A stretch of DNA of 64,000 bases, taken from an uncultured Bifidobacterium sp. Lineage in GTDB: Bacteria; Actinomycetota; Acidimicrobiia; Acidimicrobiales; Ilumatobacteraceae. A program made the position numbers and the translations under genes. The stretch lies in the NCBI GenBank assembly GCA_964477795.1, contig CAYZFZ010000004.1:1013-65012 (forward strand). Reading direction: 5' to 3'. Positions 59,711 through 64,000 of this stretch are shown piece after piece; position 1 is the stretch's first letter, and each line of letters begins with the position of its first letter. The notes below the pieces were generated by a model. The model was not told where the DNA came from, did no database searches, and worked only from the letters and a program-made list of their open reading frames with translations.

Positions 59711-61557
59711 CAACGACGAGCACGGACGCGCCGGCACCGGCCACGGCGGGGCTGCTCGTCGAAGCCGAGGACTTCGCCGACTACGGGGGCTGGGTGCTCG
59801 ACTCGCAGTTCGAGCTGCAGATGGGTTCGCCCTACCTGCTGGCCCACGGGCTCGGCCGCCCGGTGCACGACGCGAGCACGACGGTGACGATCCCGGCCGC
59901 TGGGGCGTACACGGTGTGGGTGCGAGCGAAGGACTGGGTGCCCGCGCACCATCCGGGTCGGTTCACCGTGTCGATCGGCGGCGTCGCCCTCGCCACCGAG
60001 CTGGGAGCGAACGGGCAGGACTGGTCGTGGCAGGAGGCAGGGCATGTCCAGCTGGATGCCGGAGACGCGACGATCGTGCTGCACGACCTGACCGGCTTCG
60101 ACGGGCGCTGCGACGCGATCTACCTCAGCCGTGACGGGAGCAGACCGGTCGACGGCGCCGACTCGACCGCGCGGGCGTGGCGCACACGCTTGCGCGGCAT
60201 CCCGGACCTGCCCGCTCCCGCCGGCGCGTTCGACGTGGTGGTCTTGGGTGGCGGGGTCGCCGGGTGCGCGGCTGCGCTGACGGCGGCACGGCAGGGCTGC
60301 CGGGTGGCGTTGATCCAGGATCGCCCCGTGCTCGGCGGCAACGCGAGCAAGGAGATCGGGCTCAGCCCCCGTGGCGACACCGGTGGCCTCGTGCACGAGC
60401 TCTCCGGTCGCCACCCCGACGGCGACCTCGTCGCGCTGCAGGTCCTCCAGGCCGAACCGAACGCGGCCGTGTTCCTGGAGCATCGGGTGTTCGACGCTGT
60501 CACCGACGGCACGCGCATCGTGTCGATCGACGTCCGCGAGGCCCGCAGCGGCCGGGAGCACCGGTTCGTGGCGCCGATGTTCATCGACTGCACGGGCACC
60601 GCGCTCCTCGGGATGCTCGCCGGCGCCGAGACCCTGTCCGGGCAGGAGTCGAGGGCCGAGTTCGGGGAACCGCTCGCGCCCGAGCTGGGCGACGCGATGC
60701 ACCACGGCAACACCCTGTTCTTCCGCACTCGGATGGCCGACCATCCGGTCGAGTTCCCGGACGTGCCGTGGGCCGTGGAGGTGGCCAAGGACTACGCGAA
60801 CCTCAGCGGCCAGCTCGCCCGACCGGGCATCGAGAACGCCGACGGGCCGATCGCCGGGGAGAACCCCGATCGGCCGGAATTCTCCTTCGCCCAGGCCTTC
60901 GCCGACGCCAAGCCCGGCGAGAACCCACTGATGAAGTTCCCGGCGACGCACTTCTGGGAGTACGGGCAGTGGCTCGACCTCTACACCCAGGGCGAGCTGA
61001 TCCGCGACTACCTCCTCCGGGCCCTCTACGGAACCTTCTCCAACGTCAAGCGGCTCGACCCGGCCAACTACGCCAACCTCGAGTTCGACTGGGTCGCCTA
61101 CGTCGCCGCGCAGGGCGAGTTCAAGCGCTACCGGGGCGACCACGTGCTCACCGAGACCGACATCCGCGAGCACACCGAGTTCCCCGACGCGGTGGTGCTC
61201 AACGACGGCGCGTTCTGCCTGCACTGCCCGAACCAGCCGGGCGAGGGCGACTACGACTTCCGCCTCAAGGACTGGACGTGGGACGTGCGCGACAACCAGC
61301 CGTACGCCATCCCGTTCCGCTGCCTGTACTCGACGAACATCGACAACCTGATGATGGCCGGCAAGCACATCAGCGTCACCCACGTCGCCGGCACGAGCAC
61401 CAAGTTCATCGGCAACGGCGTGCAGCACGGCACTGCCGTCGGCGTCGCCGCCGCGCTGTGCAAGCAGTACGAGACCACGCCTCGCGGGGTCTACGAGCAG
61501 CACCTCGGCGAGCTGCAGAGCATCACCGAGCATCTCACCGGCCACCACCACCCGTAG
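59707..61557 (+). CDS. FAD-dependent oxidoreductase with an N-terminal approx. 150-aa beta-rich (carbohydrate-binding-like) domain
   Basis: ATGA overlap with the TetR gene. Dinucleotide fold DVVVLGGGVAGCAAALTAARQGCRVALIQDRPVLGGNAS. The distal MMAGKHISVTHVA segment is typical of the FAD_oxidored family. Confidence 0.8.
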   Translation: MTTTSTDAPAPATAGLLVEAEDFADYGGWVLDSQFELQMGSPYLLAHGLGRPVHDASTTVTIPAAGAYTVWVRAKDWVPAHHPGRFTVSIGGVALATELGANGQDWSWQEAGHVQLDAGDATIVLHDLTGFDGRCDAIYLSRDGSRPVDGADSTARAWRTRLRGIPDLPAPAGAFDVVVLGGGVAGCAAALTAARQGCRVALIQDRPVLGGNASKEIGLSPRGDTGGLVHELSGRHPDGDLVALQVLQAEPNAAVFLEHRVFDAVTDGTRIVSIDVREARSGREHRFVAPMFIDCTGTALLGMLAGAETLSGQESRAEFGEPLAPELGDAMHHGNTLFFRTRMADHPVEFPDVPWAVEVAKDYANLSGQLARPGIENADGPIAGENPDRPEFSFAQAFADAKPGENPLMKFPATHFWEYGQWLDLYTQGELIRDYLLRALYGTFSNVKRLDPANYANLEFDWVAYVAAQGEFKRYRGDHVLTETDIREHTEFPDAVVLNDGAFCLHCPNQPGEGDYDFRLKDWTWDVRDNQPYAIPFRCLYSTNIDNLMMAGKHISVTHVAGTSTKFIGNGVQHGTAVGVAAALCKQYETTPRGVYEQHLGELQSITEHLTGHHHP

Positions 61558-61615
61558 ACGGCAGCCCGTGCGCCGCCAGGTGACCGCGCGCAGGCTCCGA
61601 TCGCCGATCTTTTCG

Positions 61616-61644
61616 TTGACAAGTTCGCGGGTGTGTCGTATATC
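61616..61644 (+). promoter_or_regulatory. Strong sigma-70-type promoter candidate
   Basis: TTGACA (61616..61621), 17-nt spacer, TATATC (61639..61644). GAGGAGG and the GTG/ATG starts at 61676/61679 lie downstream. Confidence 0.55.
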
Positions 61645-61675
61645 TTGTCGATGACAAGTTGCCGACGAGGAGGCT

Positions 61676-62149
61676 GTGATGACTGATTCGAACGCCGCGA
61701 GCTGGTGCCTGCAGCGCTGGCATCGGGTAGTGGGCGGCGGTGAGCCCGAACTGTTGGGCGAGCTGATCGCCGATGACGCCGTGCTGCATTCACCGGTCCT
61801 GTTCCGGCCGTTGGCCGGCAAGGAGACGGTGATCCGCTACCTGACGGCCGCGTCGATGTCGTTCGTCGGTGATCGCCCAGCGAGCGGGCGGGTTCGCGTC
61901 GACGGCGCTCCGGGCGAGTGGGATGGCCGTTTCCGATACGTGCGCGAGGTCGTCGGCGAGTTCGACGCGGTGCTCGAGTTCGAGACCACCATGAGCGGCA
62001 AGTACGTCAACGGGGTCGACATGATCCGCTGGGACGGCACCGGTCGGATCGTCGACTTCAAGGTGATGGTGCGGCCGGCGCAGGCGATCGACGCGGTCCG
62101 CCAGCTGATGGTCGCAGCCCTCGACACGCTGGGGCCGACCGGCGGCTGA
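61676..62149 (+). CDS. SnoaL/NTF2-like fold protein
   Basis: 157 aa. Size and pattern (W....V.....ELL..LIADDAVLHSPV...P..GKE) fit the SnoaL-like family. The ATG at 61679 is the likelier start. Confidence 0.65.
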   Translation: MMTDSNAASWCLQRWHRVVGGGEPELLGELIADDAVLHSPVLFRPLAGKETVIRYLTAASMSFVGDRPASGRVRVDGAPGEWDGRFRYVREVVGEFDAVLEFETTMSGKYVNGVDMIRWDGTGRIVDFKVMVRPAQAIDAVRQLMVAALDTLGPTGG

Positions 62150-62196
62150 GCCGGTATCCACGACCTCGCGCTCTGCAACGGGTCTAGGGTGCGGGC

Positions 62197-63233
62197 GTGA
62201 CTCGCCCACGTGAACGCCTCGATCGTCGGGGTGTCGCGTGGGGAAGTGTAGGGATCGCTGTCGTCGTCGCGCTGACCTTCATCGGCAGCGATCGTCTGGT
62301 GTGGTTCGATGCGGCACTGGTCGGCTACCTGTTCGGTGTCGTCTTCGCCGTGTTCGGCGTGGCGTACCGGTATGCGGTGTGGTTGCGGCGGCCGCCGACG
62401 GCGATGCTCAACCGTCGCGGGTGGGATGCGTTCCGGCAACACAAGGTGGCCAACGCGGCAGCCCTGCCGTCGCTGGTCGCGACCCAGTTGCTGGCACAGG
62501 GGTTCATCCGGCGCCGGTCGTTCGCCCGCTGGCTGGCGCATCAGCTGGTGTTCTGGGGCTGCATCCTGGCCGGGCTGGTGACGATCCCCCTCACGCTCGG
62601 CCTGCTGCACTTCGAGAGCGTCGGCCAGCGTGCCGACCACTACCAGGTGTACCTGTCGCGGGTGGGCACCGTGAAGTTCGATGCCGAGAGCATCGTCGGC
62701 TGGTTCATGTTCCACGCCCTCGACGTCGCGGCGGTGCTCGTGCTCGCCGGTGTGTTCATCTTCCTGCGCCGCCGGTTGCGCGACCCGGGCGCAATGGCTG
62801 TGGAACGCTCCGGCGACTTCCTGGCGCTCGCCGGGTTGTTCGCGGTGTCGGTGTCGGGGCTGTTCTTGACGGTGTCGAGCATGTGGCTCGAGGGGCGCTT
62901 CTACTCGGCGCTGAACACGATCCACGCGCTGACGGTGATCCTCGGGTTGATGTACCTGCCCTTCGGCAAGCTGTTCCACATCTTCCAGCGGCCGGGCAAT
63001 CTCGGCGTCGCCTACTACAAGCGAGCGAACGACGAGGGCCCGCCGGCGACCTGCCGGCGTTGCGGTGGCGCGTTCGCGAGCGCCCAGCAGATCGCGGATC
63101 TGCAGGCGGTGCTGCCCCAGGTCGGGTTCGACTACTCGATCGACGGTGGCGGGAACTATCAGGACACCTGCCCGCGCTGCCGGCGCGCCCAGGTCACACT
63201 CGCCCAATCGGCGCGCGTAGGGGGGTTCGGCTG

Positions 63234-63234
<1 letters not shown>
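62197..63234 (+). CDS. NarI/DsrM-like polytopic membrane protein (putative heme b) with a C-terminal CxxC...CxxC extension
   Basis: Five to six TM helices with conserved His residues and the [14 protein letters not shown] motif typical of the nitrate-reductase-gamma fold. C-terminal cysteine pairs CRRCGG...CPRCRR. TGATG overlap with the next gene. Confidence 0.6.

Positions 63235-64000
<766 letters not shown>

Noticed and set aside
59545-61821. 758-aa minus-strand ORF, and similar long antisense ORFs at 49048..51255, 18928..21027, 56131..58926 and 5777..7855
   Set aside because: Each overlaps a confidently assigned gene on the other strand or frame and has low-complexity Arg/Pro/Gly-rich translation. 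None has motifs, RBS context or coupling to neighbours.

Overview
Very GC-rich, gene-dense chromosomal segment of an Actinomycetota-type genome. I call 59 protein genes and 2 gene remnants. There is no rRNA, no intact tRNA and no CRISPR. Most long ORFs in the track are antisense shadows typical of high-GC DNA. I chose genes by recognisable protein motifs, Shine-Dalgarno/start context and ATGA/GTGA stop-start coupling.

Layout:
- 1-2.5 kb: right end of an integrative element. It holds an integrase 5' end, a TPR/SEC-C protein, a HigBA-like toxin-antitoxin pair, a 45-nt initiator tRNA-Met 3' half acting as an att site, and a second 18-nt core copy.
- 2.8-8.5 kb: TetR regulator, a hemerythrin 5' fragment fused to an alkylsulfatase 3' remnant, a Cys-type sulfatase, and an alpha/beta hydrolase with its own TetR.
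- 8.5-17.7 kb: envelope-stress style block. It contains a lipoprotein peptidase, an ECF sigma/anti-sigma/ABC operon, an XRE module and the first NarL-type two-component system.
- 17.8-22.4 kb: STAND ATPase regulator flanked by a VOC protein and a cupredoxin lipoprotein. Both flanking genes carry a shared 41-nt motif just upstream of the start.
- 24.5-35.8 kb: two back-to-back modules, each made of a NarL two-component system, an ABC exporter and a secreted lipoprotein alpha/beta hydrolase.
- 36-42 kb: small TetR-controlled units (amine oxidase, MerB-like lyase) with perfect palindromic operators.
- 42-47 kb: five translationally coupled genes, in order beta-lactamase-like, QueC-like PP-loop, PhyH dioxygenase, MurT, GatD.
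- 47-51 kb: two pirins, a GNAT, and a Tat-exported dioxygenase-like repeat protein.
- 51.3-58.5 kb: a 1525-aa PKD/Fn3 surface protein containing a near-perfect 657-bp tandem duplication, divergent from a LuxR-type large regulator.
- 58.5-64 kb: HxlR, TetR, FAD oxidoreductase, SnoaL-like protein, and a NarI-like membrane protein coupled to a molybdopterin oxidoreductase.

Best candidate for an undescribed system: the murT-gatD operon extended by three extra enzymes, a possible additional peptidoglycan stem-peptide modification route, with an in-frame 18-bp VNTR inside gatD. Runners-up are the duplicated sensor/exporter/hydrolase modules and the 41-nt leader motif bracketing the STAND regulator. 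All functional calls come from motif recognition by eye. No database search was run.
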